Origin: Cetorhinus maximus
Taxonomy: Eukaryota
Length of the DNA: 64,000 nt
Assembly: GCF_964194155.1 (NCBI RefSeq)
Contig: NC_135894.1
Coordinates: 29,078,001-29,142,000 of the forward strand
Reading direction: 5' to 3'
This document shows, piece by piece, positions 25,001-37,000 of this stretch (positions are counted from its first letter, which is position 1; every line of letters starts with the position of its first letter). The position numbers and the translations under genes were made by a program. Below the pieces are notes generated by a model. It worked only from the letters and a program-made list of their open reading frames with translations, was not told the DNA's origin and did no database searches.

Positions 25001-28000
25001 GGTGGGTGTGCAGAGAAATAGAAGGTGGAAGTCAATCTGAAAAATGTAGAAAGATAGCATAAGCAGAGGTTGTTTCCTTTGTAACAGGGGAAGTTGAAGA
25101 GAGATCATGCCAATTTTGACATAAGGATGCAAATGTTGGGCTATCAGTAAAACAATGCAGAGAAGAATTGAGGCTGCAGAGTTGTGGTGTTTTAGGTGAA
25201 TAATGAAAAGATCTTGGAGAATTCACACTACCAATGGAGAGGTGCTAGTAAAATCTGAGACCAAAAGAACTCTGTGACCAAGGTCAGGAAGAGGCAGTTG
25301 GAATTTCTTGGGAATATAATAAGAAATAATGATTTAGAAAGTCTGATGCTGATGGGAAAGATCAATATTAAAAGAGATCGAGGGTAGACAAAGAACAATC
25401 TTTCCAAAGCGCCTCACAAACTGGATGAATGCACCATCAATGAAGATGATCCAAGCCTCCAGAGCAAAACTAACATGGAGGTCCATGGTCACCAATGTCC
25501 TCTTAGGGCATGATGCCTGAAGAGAGAGAAGTATAAAATTACGAGGGGCTGTGGTGGGGTGGATAGGAAGGACCTATTTCCATTAGCAGAGAGGTAAACA
25601 ACCAAGGGACAGAGATTTAAAATAACTGGTAGCGGGATTAGAGGGGAGTCAAGAAATGCTGTCACACAGAGGGTGCTGGGATGTGTAACTAACTGCCTGA
25701 AAGGGTGGTAGAGGCAGAAACCCTCATAACATTGAGAAAAATACTTGGATATGCATTTGAGCACCGTAACCTACAAAGCGACAGAGCAAGAGCCAGAAAG
25801 TGGAATTAGGCTGGATGGTTCCTTTTTGGCCAATGCAGACACGAGGGGCTGAATGGCCACTTTCTGTGCCATTAATCTCTCTATGTTTCTCTGTATTCCT
25901 GACCACAAACACTGCAAAAGCAAAGTGCAAGTGAGCAGCAAGGAGCACGTGTTGACCTTAAGATCAGTTGGTTGCAGTCCTATGTCATGGTCAGAGTCAG
26001 CGGGGAAATACAGCACTGGCACTTCTCAACATCAGTTTGAAATCAGTGAATGGAGAAACTTATGAGTGAAGCTATCAGAGGCTTCAGGGTAGATAGACTG
26101 AATCATACACCAAAGACTCAGAGAGCTACAAAAGCTATGATTGTGGAAAATGGAACTGTTACATTAGCATGAGAGGGGCACTATCTCAGGCTGTTAGAAT
26201 ATAAACCTACATGATAGCCCCAATAAATGGCAAAAATACTACATCAGTAACTTACTGAGATATTTGTTCCTTGTTATTTTGTGGTATTTTCAAAAATCTG
26301 AAGCACTTTATATTAACCAGTGAATTAACCAGCACCAGACCATGGCACACAGTTTAAACAAGTTACAAGGTATATCAATCAAGAATGAACCTAACTTTCG
26401 TACCTTGTAGAATATTAGCAGCAAGTCATCTAGTTTTCCATGCAAGTCTCCTGAAAGACATTATGAAAATAATATTCTGTGAGCTTATAGGTCAGGTTGA
26501 GTTTTGAGATTTATACTCTCCAGAAGTGAAAAATGAACAGTCACAACATTGATCAACTGATGATACAGACCAAAGTAACAAGACTAACATTGAAACAGAA
26601 AATGCTGGAAAAACTGAGCAGGTCTGGCAGCGTCTCTGCAGAGAGAAACAGAGTTAACGTTTCAGGTCAATGACCTTTCATCAGGACTGAAGTAACTAGA
26701 CGATCTTTTCCAAAGAACTCTACTACGACATTTCGATCTTTCCAGTTCTTAAGCTTTGTTGCAATCAAGCATCATCCTGCTCTCCCCTCCAGTTTTCCTG
26801 TCTTCACTGACCCATTCTGATGGGGATTTCTCAGAGACGATGATACTTATTCTCACATGGGATGTGGGCGTCACTGTAAAGGCCAGCATTTGTTGCCCAT
26901 CCCTAATTGCCCTTGAACTGAGTGGCTTGCTAGGCCATTTCAGAGGGCAGTTAAGAGTCAACCACATTGCTGTGGGTCTGGAGTCACATGTAGGCCAGAC
27001 CAGGTAAGGATGGCAGATTTCCTTCCCTAAAGGACATTAGTGAACCAGATGGGTTTTTACAACAGTCAGTGATAGTTTCATGGTCACCATTACTGAGACT
27101 AGCTTTACATTTCACATTTGTTAATTGAATTTAAATTTCACCAGCTGTCTTGATGGGATTTGAACCCATGGACAGGATTTTACAGCCCTTCCCACCACCT
27201 GGATCGTCCGGTCCGGCTGAAAGTCAATGGGCTTGTGGCTGAGCCATTGAATCTCCCGCAGCGGGTCCCACCATGATGGGGTTGGAGAAACCCATTCCAT
27301 ATCCCCAAAGCATTGGTCTGGGCCTCTGGATTATACATCTACATTACCACTACATCCCCCCGAATGGAGTATGAGATGGACTCTGTCCTTCCTGATGCCT
27401 GACTAGCTGCACTCCAATAGAGACTGAATAATCGCAAAACAATCAGACCTGACGGACTCAAATAACCAGAAGCCCTGTGGCTCATAGCAACTCAAGTAGC
27501 AAAACTGTCAGCACTTCCTGAGGAGAGATCACCACACACACTGCAAGACAGCCTCTTCAGGAGTGCAAGGAATGAATTTTTTTTCCCCCCAAGCATTAAT
27601 GAACAGCCTCTGGGAGAACCGAGGGGGAGACAGTGTCTGGGAGGATTGAGGGGACACAGTGTCTGGGAGATTTGATGGGGAGACGGTGTCTGGGAGAATT
27701 CAGGGGGAGGCAGCGTCTGGGAGAATCGATGGGGAGACAGCGCCTGGGAGAATCAAAGGGGAGACAGCGCCTGGGAGAATCGAGGGGGAGACAGCGTCTG
27801 GGAGAATCAAAGGGGAGACAGCATCTGGGAGAATCGATGGGGAGACAGCATTTGGGAGAATCGAGGGGGCGGAGACAGCATTTGGGAGAAATGGAGGAGG
27901 AGACAGTGTCTGAGAGAATCTAGGGGGTTACAGCGTCAGGGAGAATTGATGGGGAGACAGCATCTGGAAGAATCGAGGGGGAGACAGCTTTTGGGAGAAT

Positions 28001-31000
28001 CGAGGGGGTGGAGACAGCATCTGGGAGAAATGGAGAAGGAGACAGTGTCTGGGAGAATTGATGGGGAGACAGCGTCTGGGAGAAATGGAGAAGGAGACAG
28101 CATCTGGGAGAATTGATGGGGAGACAGTGTCTGGGAGAATTGATGGGGAGACAGCATCTGGAAGAATCAAGGGGGAGACAGCGTTTGGGAGAATCGAGGG
28201 GGAGACAGCGTTTGGGAGAATCGAGGGGGAGACAGCGTTTGGGAGAATCGAGGGGGAGACAGCGTTTGGGAGAATCGAGGGGGAGACAGCGTTTGGGAGA
28301 ATCGAGGGGGAGACAGCGTTTGGGAGAATCGAGGGGGAGACAGCGTTTGGGAGAATCGAGGGGGAGACAGCGTTTGGGAGAATCGAGGGGGAGACAGCGT
28401 TTGGGAGAATCGAGGGGGTGGAGTCAGCACCTGGGAGAAATGGAGAAGGAGACAGTGTCTGGGAGAATCGAGGGGGGGACAGCATCTGGGAGAAATGGAG
28501 GAGGAGACAGCGTCTGGGAGAATTGAGGGGGAGACAGCGTCTGGGAGAAATGGAGGAGGAGACAGCGTCTGGGAGAATTGAGGGGGAGACAGCGTCTGGG
28601 AGAATCTAGGGGGAATACAGCGTCTGGGAGAATCGAGGGGGAGACAGCGTCTGGGAGAATCTAGGGGGATATAGCGTCTGGAAGAATCGAGGGGGAGACA
28701 GTGTTTGGGAGAATCAAGGGGGAGACAGCGTTTGGGAGAATCGAGGGGGTGGAGACAGCATCTGGGAGAAATGATGGGGTGACAGTGTCTGGGAGAATCG
28801 AGGGGGAGACAGCGTTTGGGAGAATCGAGGGGGCAGAGACAGCATCTGGGAGAAATGGAGGGGGAGACAGCGTCTGGGAGAATCTAGGGGGATACAGTGT
28901 CTGGGAGAATCAAGGGGAAGACAGCGTCTGGGAGAATCGAGGGGGTGGAAAGAGCGTCTGGGAGAAATGGAGGGGGAGACAGTGTCTGGAAGAATCTAGG
29001 GGGATACAGCGTCTGGGAGAATTGAGTGGGTGGAGACAGCGTCTGGGAGAAATGGAGGAGGAGACAGCATCTGGGAGAAGCTAGGGGGATACAGCGTCTG
29101 GGAGAATCTAGGGGGAATACAGTGTCTCGGAGAATCTAGGGGGAGACAGCGTCTGGGAGAATCTAGGGGGACACAGTGTCCGGGAGAATCGTGGGGGAGA
29201 CAGTGACTGGGAGAATTGAGGGGAGACAGGGTCTGGGAGAATTGAGGGGAGACAGGGTCTGGGAGAATATAAATCTGGGCCAGAATTTTACATTCGGAGT
29301 GCAGGCGCACGCCCGACATGCCGGAACGTAAAATGGCGCGTGATGATGTCGGGCATGCGTCCTGACGTCACCGTGCACCATGGTGATATTTCGTTTGGTG
29401 GGCACACATCGGAGTTGACTGCGCGCCCGCCGATAATTGAAAGGCCTATTAAAGCCATTGAGGACCTAATTAATCTGAATTTTACGCTGTCCATCCAACC
29501 TAACGGCTGGCGGGCAGGCGAAAAGGTCAAGCGGCCTTTACAGTTTCTAGGAAACCTCATCCACGAGCAGGATGAGGTTTCCTAAGCAAATAAATATTAA
29601 ATAAAAACTTTCTTTTGAAATTAAAAACTTGCCCCATCTCATGTGACACAGTCACACAAGGGGACATGTTTCATTGAATCTTTATTGTATTTGTAATGTT
29701 TTCAAAAAGTGCTTTAATCTCCCTGAAGCAGCTCCGTGCCTCAGGGAGATTGAAATGCTCTTTCTCGCACATTTGGGTACTGCACACCAGGCCCGGCTCT
29801 CCCTCCTCCCCCCCCCAACCTGCACAGGCAGCACTCACGCTCGTGATCCATGCAGGGCGGGCCTGCCCGTGTGAAATCACAGTGTGGAGCCGATTGCCGT
29901 TGGCGGTGGGCTCCCCGAACGTCCCCGCCCACTCCTGCCGAGCCCGCCCAACGACTGGAAAACCCTGGCCCTGGAACTGAAAGCTCGTCTCAGTAATGGT
30001 GGGCATGAAACTATCATCGGTTGTAAAATCTGGTTCACTGATGTACTTCAGAGAGGGAAACCTGCTGCCTTTCCCTGGTCTGGCCTACACGTGACTCCAG
30101 GCCCACAGCAATGGATGGAATTTTCCATTCCAGAGACTATGTCCAGTGGCAGAGGTGAAAGTCAGAGTGACTTCCGCTGGAGAGCGAGGTGGCTGAATGT
30201 GTGAGATTTTACACTGTTCCACTCTTTAATTATGCAGCTGTAAGGAGCATGACGAATCTCATGGCGAGGCGGGCAGGAAGTGACCCGCCCCACCCTGCCG
30301 TCACCTCATAGGCTCTAACATCCGGGTGCCATGTTTGAACGGCCATTCACTCTTCCCCTCTGCTCCTTGACTCCCCCCCAACGCCCCCCCACCCTCCACG
30401 CCCCCACTAGTTCCAGTCCTCCCTCAGTCTCACCCCTCCCCTGTGCCCAGCCTTGGCATAGCACATGTGGCAGGAAGCTGATATCTCTCCATGACAGTGT
30501 GAAAGGAACAAATAAGCAACATCTACTGACCTCAAAGTCCAGGAAGACGCTCACCTCATCAGGTGCACGCCATTTACGTACAGTTGTGAAGTAGAATGCT
30601 CTAAATTCCTGCTGGTGGGGCACTAAATTTGGAGGGGGGACAAGATCGTGGTGTGTTGAGCCTTTAATGAGCATTCATGAGTTGCAAATAGAGTTCCCAT
30701 CACAGCTCCATGGGACACTCTACCCTTCTTTAAGCCGCCATGAAAGTTGGGTGAACAAGATTCCAAACTAACTTCCCACCGTTGGGAAGCGGATTTTTGG
30801 TCTCCCATCAAATCTTGCTTCCCCACCCATCATGTTTCCCACTGCTGGTGGGAGTGGAAATTTCCACCCAATGTGGTTGACTTTTAGCTACCCTCTGAAA
30901 TGACATAGAAAGCCACTCAGGTCGAGGGCAGTTAGGGATGGGCAATAAGTGCTGGCCTTGCCAGTGATGCCCACATCCCATGAAAGGTTAAATAAACCTT

Positions 31001-34000
31001 CTGAATTCAAATTAATTAACTGGACCAACTTAAAGAAGATAAAGCCTCTGATGTGAACAGATTGTATCCACACATATTAAGCAAGTTAGGGAGAAGATAA
31101 CAGAGTCAACATTACAGAAAGCAGGGGCAACATTACAGAAATCAGGGGCAACATTACAGGAAATAGGGGCAACATTACAGAAATCAGGAGCAACATTACA
31201 GGAAACAGGGCAATATTACAGAATGCAGGGACAACAATTACAGAAATCAGGGGCAACATTACAGAAAGCAGGGGCAACATTACAGAAAGCAGGGGCAACA
31301 TTACAGGAAACAGGGCAATATTACAGAACGCAGGGACAACATTACAGAAATCAGGGGCAACATTACAGAAATCAGGGGCAACATTACAGAAAGCAGGGGC
31401 AACATTACAGGAAACAGGGCAATATTACAGAACGCAGGGACAACATTACAGAAATCAGGGGCAACATTACAGAAAGCAGGAGCAACATTACAGAAATCAG
31501 GGGCAACATTACAGGAAACAGGGCAATATTACAGAACGCAGGGGCAACATTACAGAAATCAGGGGCAACATTACAGAAATCAGGGGCAACATTACAGGAA
31601 ACAGGGCAATATTACAGAAAGCAGGAGCAACATTACAGAAATCAGGGGCAACATTACAGGAAATAGGGCAACATTACAGGAAATAGGGGCAACATTACAG
31701 AAAGCAGGGGCAACATTACAGAAATCAGGGGCAACATTACAGAAATCAGGGGCAACATTACAGGAAACAGGGCAATATTACAGAAAGCAGGAGCAACATT
31801 ACAGAAATCAGGGGCAACATTACAGGAAATAGGGCAACATTACAGGAAATAGGGGCAACATTACAGAAAGCAGGGGCAACATTACAGGAAACAGGGCAAT
31901 ATTACAGAAAGCAGGAGCAACATTACAGAAATCAGGGGCAACATTACAGGAAATAGGGGCAACATTACAAAAAGCAGGGGCAATATTACAGAAAGCAGGG
32001 GCAACATTACAGGAAATAGGGCAACATTACAGGAAATAGGGGCAACATTACAGAAAGCAGGGGCAACATTACAGAAAGCAGGGGCAACATTACAGGAAAC
32101 AGGGCAATATTACAGAAAGCAGGAGCAACATTACAGAAATCAGGGGCAACATTACAGGAAATAGGGGCAACATTACAGAAAGCAGGGGCAATATTACAGA
32201 AAGCAGGGGCAACATTACAGGAAATAGGGGCAACATTACAGGAAACAGGGCAATACTACAGGAAGCAGGGGCAACATTACAGAAAACAAGGGCACTGTTA
32301 CAAATAGATAAACATTTATTAGTAAAAGGAATAGCGTCAGAGGACTGGCAGGCAAATAATCTGATTCCTATATTTAAAAAAGCCCAGGGAACTATAGATC
32401 ATTATTGGTAGGAACGATAATGGGATTCTTACTCAAAGATGCAATAGAGAAACATAGAAACTGAAGAAATAATAGTTTTGCAAGGATTGCAACAGAAAAG
32501 GTCATTTGCAAATGCATTGAGAGGTATAAATTCATTAGAAGTTGCAACTTGTACTTTAAGCTGCCACCTCACCCAACCACCACCTCACTCACTTGCCTCT
32601 TCACCTACCCACCCTGCCACCCTTGCCAGTGATTCATTCACAGGACCTATAAACGTACCATACGGCAGCTAGTGCTGTAAAAAAGGCAGGGGGGGAGGTG
32701 ATGTCCAGTCTTTTCCTGACTCTACAGTGGAGTGACGGAGCTCTCCGAGGGACGCTGCATCACTCCGGATTTCTGGGAAAGCCGGGCTTGGAAGACACAG
32801 CAAGAAATGCGGAGCAGCGTCGAGGCGGGGGAAAATTTGAGCGGAGCGGCAATCCGAGAATGATAGCCGCCCCTCAGAATATCCAGGCCAATATCACTTT
32901 GCTTCCACAGCTTAGTCAGAAGACCCAGGGCTTGGTGTGACTGCATGTGGGAGCTTAGTGAATTACAACATTACTAAGGCAGATTTGCACAAAAGAGAAT
33001 TTATTACTGACCTAGTTCTCTAATCCTTGTGCACTGTCGCTGGCTCCCCTATCAGCCCCTAGACTGCAGCATGTTAGTTCTTTAAACTCAAATCTTTCTA
33101 AATGGCTCTGCTACCTGACTGCTTTCAGCGATACCATCTTCTTCTTACTTTTTAAACACTCTAATAAGCCATCTCGGCTGTCAACTAGAGCAATGTTCTC
33201 TTTTTTGTCGTTTCGAGTCCGTATGACTCTTCAACAGAACTAAGTAAAACTATTTTTACTTAGTTCTGTTGAAGAGCCATACGGACTCGAAACGTTAACT
33301 GTGTTCCTCTCTGCAGATGCTGCCAGACCTGTTGAGTTTTTCCAGGTATTTTTATTTTTGTTTTGGATTTCCAGCATCCACAATTTTTTGCTTTTAGCTT
33401 TTCTCTTTATTGTGTCTACTTTCAGCTCCTGAAAATGAGGGGCAGTTCAATTGTCACCAATGGGCCTACCAACTATGTCACCTTCACACAAGTACAGCAT
33501 CAAGTGGTGCACCCCTCATTAAAAACAAAGGAAATGGAATAATCTTTGCACAGGCACAATGAGGTGTTGAAATGGAATAATGAAATCAAAATGTCCTACC
33601 GCAAACTGTAATCTCCTTGGAGTAAAATGTTGAGATGTGGTTGATGTTAGGCATCTGTCTAAGGGACTTTCTGGTCTCATGCAAGAGCTGTAACACATAG
33701 TGACTGTGAAGCTGCTGGAAAAGCAAACCCAGTGTCAGAGTTATCAATGTGAAGTGTAGAACTAAGCAACCAGATAGAACATAGGTGTAAAGCAGTCAGC
33801 CTCGCGCTCTAGTCCTCCACAGGCCTGGACCCATCATTCAGAGTGTGAGTTCAGGTCCCACCATAACATATGAACATACCGAATTAGGAACAGGAGTAGG
33901 CCACTCGGCCCCTCGAGCCTGCTCCACCATTCAATAAGATCATAGCTGATATGATTGTAACCTCAACCCCACATTCCTGCCTATCCCCAATAACCTTTCA

Positions 34001-37000
34001 CCCCCTTGTTAGTCAAGAATCTATCTAACTCTACCTTAGAAATATTCATTGAACCTGCCTCCACCAGTCTCTGGGGAAGAGAGTTCCAGAGACTCATGGT
34101 CCGCAGAGAGAAAACATTTCCGGATTTGTACTCAGTTTAAAAAAGAACTTATGAGATCTTAAAAAGTTAACGTCAGCAAAGCAAAAATCGATAGTTATCA
34201 AAGCCCAACAAGTAAACCAATGTTCTTTAGGGAAGGAAAACTGTCAATCTTCTCCAGACTGATCAATATGTGACTTCAGTCTCACACCAACAGACTAGTG
34301 AGCCTCTCAGTTGTCATAGAATCATAGAGTTATACAGCACAGAAACAGGCCCTTCGGCCCATCGTGTTCGTGCCAGCCACCAAGCACCTATCTATTCTAA
34401 TGCCATTTTCCAGCACTTGGCCCATAGCCCTGTGTGCTATGTCATTTCAAGTGATCATCTAAATACTTCTTAAATGTTGTGAGGGTTCCTGCCTCTACCC
34501 CCTCAGGCAGTGTGTTCCAGATTCCAACCACCCTCCAGGTGAAAAAAACTTTCCTCAAATCCCCTCTAAATCCCCTGCTTCTTACCTTAAATCTATGCCC
34601 CGTGGTTATTGACATCTCCGCTAAGGGTAAAAGTTTCTTCCTACCCCATCTATGCCCCTCATAATTTTGTATGCCTCTATCAGGTCCTCCCCTCAGCCTT
34701 CTCTGCTCTAAGGAAAACAACCCCAGCCTATCCAGTCTCTCCTCATCCTGGTGAATCTCCTCTGCACCCTCTCCAGTGCCATCACATCCTTCCTATAATG
34801 TGGTGGCCAGAACTGTACACAGTACTGCAGCTTTGGCTTAACTAGCATTTTATACAGCTCCAACATAACCTCCCTGCTCTTATATTTTATGCCTCAGCTA
34901 ATAAAGGCAAGTATCTCATATGCCTTCTTAACCACCTTATCTACCTGTCCTGCTGCCTTCAGGGATCTATGGGCATGTACACCAAGGTCCTTCTGATCCT
35001 CTATACTTCCTAGGGTCCTACCATTCATTGTGTATTCCCTTGCCTTGTTAGTCCTCCTAAAATGCATCACCTCACACTTCTCAGGATTAAATTCCATTTG
35101 CCACTGCTCTGCCCACCTTACCAACCCATCTATATCGTTCTGTATCTAAGGCTTTCCTCATCTCTATTTATGACATCACCAATTTTTATGTCATCTGCGA
35201 ACTTACTGATCATACCTCCTATATTCACGTCTAAATCATTAATGTGCACTACAAACAGCAAAGGCCCCAGCGCCAATCCCTGCGGTACACCATTTGTCAC
35301 AGGCTTCCAATCGCATAAACGCCCCTCGACCATCACACTCTGCCTCCTGCTACTCAGCCAATTTTGGATCCAATTTGCAAAATTGCCCTGGGTCCCATGG
35401 GCTCTTACCTTCTTGACTATTCTGCCATGTGGGACCTTGTCAAAAGCCTTACTGAAGTCCATGTAGACTACATCAACTGCACAACCCTCATCTACACAAC
35501 TAGTCAGTTCCTCAAAAATCAGAAATAAAACAGTCTGACCACCCAGCTGTGACCTAAGCATCAAATCGGGAGATGACAAAGGCAAACTCAACCCAGTCAA
35601 CTCTGCAAAGTCCTCCTCACTAACATCTGGGGGCTCGTGCAAAATTGGGAGAACGGTCCCACAGAACTATCATGACCGCCTGACATTGGCTGTAATAGTT
35701 GATTCAGTGAATATGATAAAGTCCCAGACACCTCTATCACCACCTCAGAGGTGGGGCGCAGTGGAATAGAGTCAGGGCATTCACAACATTAATTCTGAGC
35801 CCCGTGGAGTCTCATGGCATCAGGTCAAACATGGACAAGGAAGCCTCCTGCTGATTACCACATACCGCCACCCCCCTCCCCTCAGCTGATGAATCAGTGC
35901 TCCTCCATGTTGAGAACCGCTTGAAGGAAGCACTGAGGGTGGGAAGGGCGCAGAATGTTCTCTGGGTGGGGGACTTCAATGTCCATCACCAAGAGTGGCT
36001 CGGTAGCATCACCACAGACTGAGCTGGCTGAGTCCTAAAGGATAATGCTGCTAGACTGGGTCTGCAGCAGGTGATGAGAGAATAAGGAAAAGCCTACTTG
36101 ACCTTATCCTCACCAATCTACCTGTCAGAGATGCATCTGTCCATGACAGTATTGGTGGGAGTGACCACCGCAGTCGTTGTGGAGACGAAGTGCCACTTTC
36201 ACATTGAGGATACCCTCCATTGAGTTGTGTGGCAATACCACCGTGCTAAATGGTGATTTCAAGCAGATCTAACAACTCAAAACTGGGCATCCATGAGGTG
36301 CTGTGGGCCATCAACAGCAGCAAAATTGTACTCAAACATAATCTGTAACCTCATGGCCCGGCACATCCCCCACCCTACCATTACCACCAAGCCAGGGGAT
36401 CAACCCTGGCTCAATGAAGAGTGCAGGAGGGCATACCAGGAGCAGCACCAGGCATACCTAAAAATGAGGTGTTAACCTGGTGAAATTACAACCACATCCA
36501 GTCGTGAATGGTGGTGGACAATTAAACAACTCACTGGAGGAGGAGGCTCCACAAATATCCCCATTCTCAATGATGTGGGAGCCCAGCACATCAGTGCAAA
36601 AGATAAGGCTGAAGCATTTGCAACAATCTTCAACCAGACGTGCTGAGTGGGTGATCCATCTCTGCCTCTTCCTGAGGTCCCCAGCATCACAGATGCCAGT
36701 CTTCGATTAATTCCACGTGATATTAAGAAACAGCTGAAGGCACTGGTTAATGCAAAGGCTATGGGCCCTGACAATATTCCGGCAATAGTACTGAAGACTT
36801 GTGCTTCAGTACTAGCCGTGCTCCTTGCCAAGCTGTTCAAGTACAGCTACAACACTCGTATCTACCCGGCTAAGTGGAAAATTGCCCAGGCGTGTCCTGT
36901 ACACAAAAAGTAGGAGAAATGGAACCTGGCCAATTACCGCCCCATCAGTCTACTCTCAATCATCAGTAAAGTGATGGAAGAGTCCATTGACAGTGCAATT

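Larger units (their letters stand above)
24100..25900 (+). mobile_element. Degenerate CR1 LINE with nested solo LTR and RTE fragment
   Basis: [23 protein letters not shown]...WIQNWL, CR1 3' UTR with tctatgtt-type tail near 25880-25895. Confidence 0.8.

Noticed and set aside
27633-29084. Repeat-protein ORFs of 85-185 aa
   Set aside because: By-products of a 27-bp unit lacking stops; present in several frames on both strands, no splice evidence
31086-31666. Repetitive ORFs (LQKSGAT, MLPLLSV)
   Set aside because: Translations of the 21-bp minisatellite
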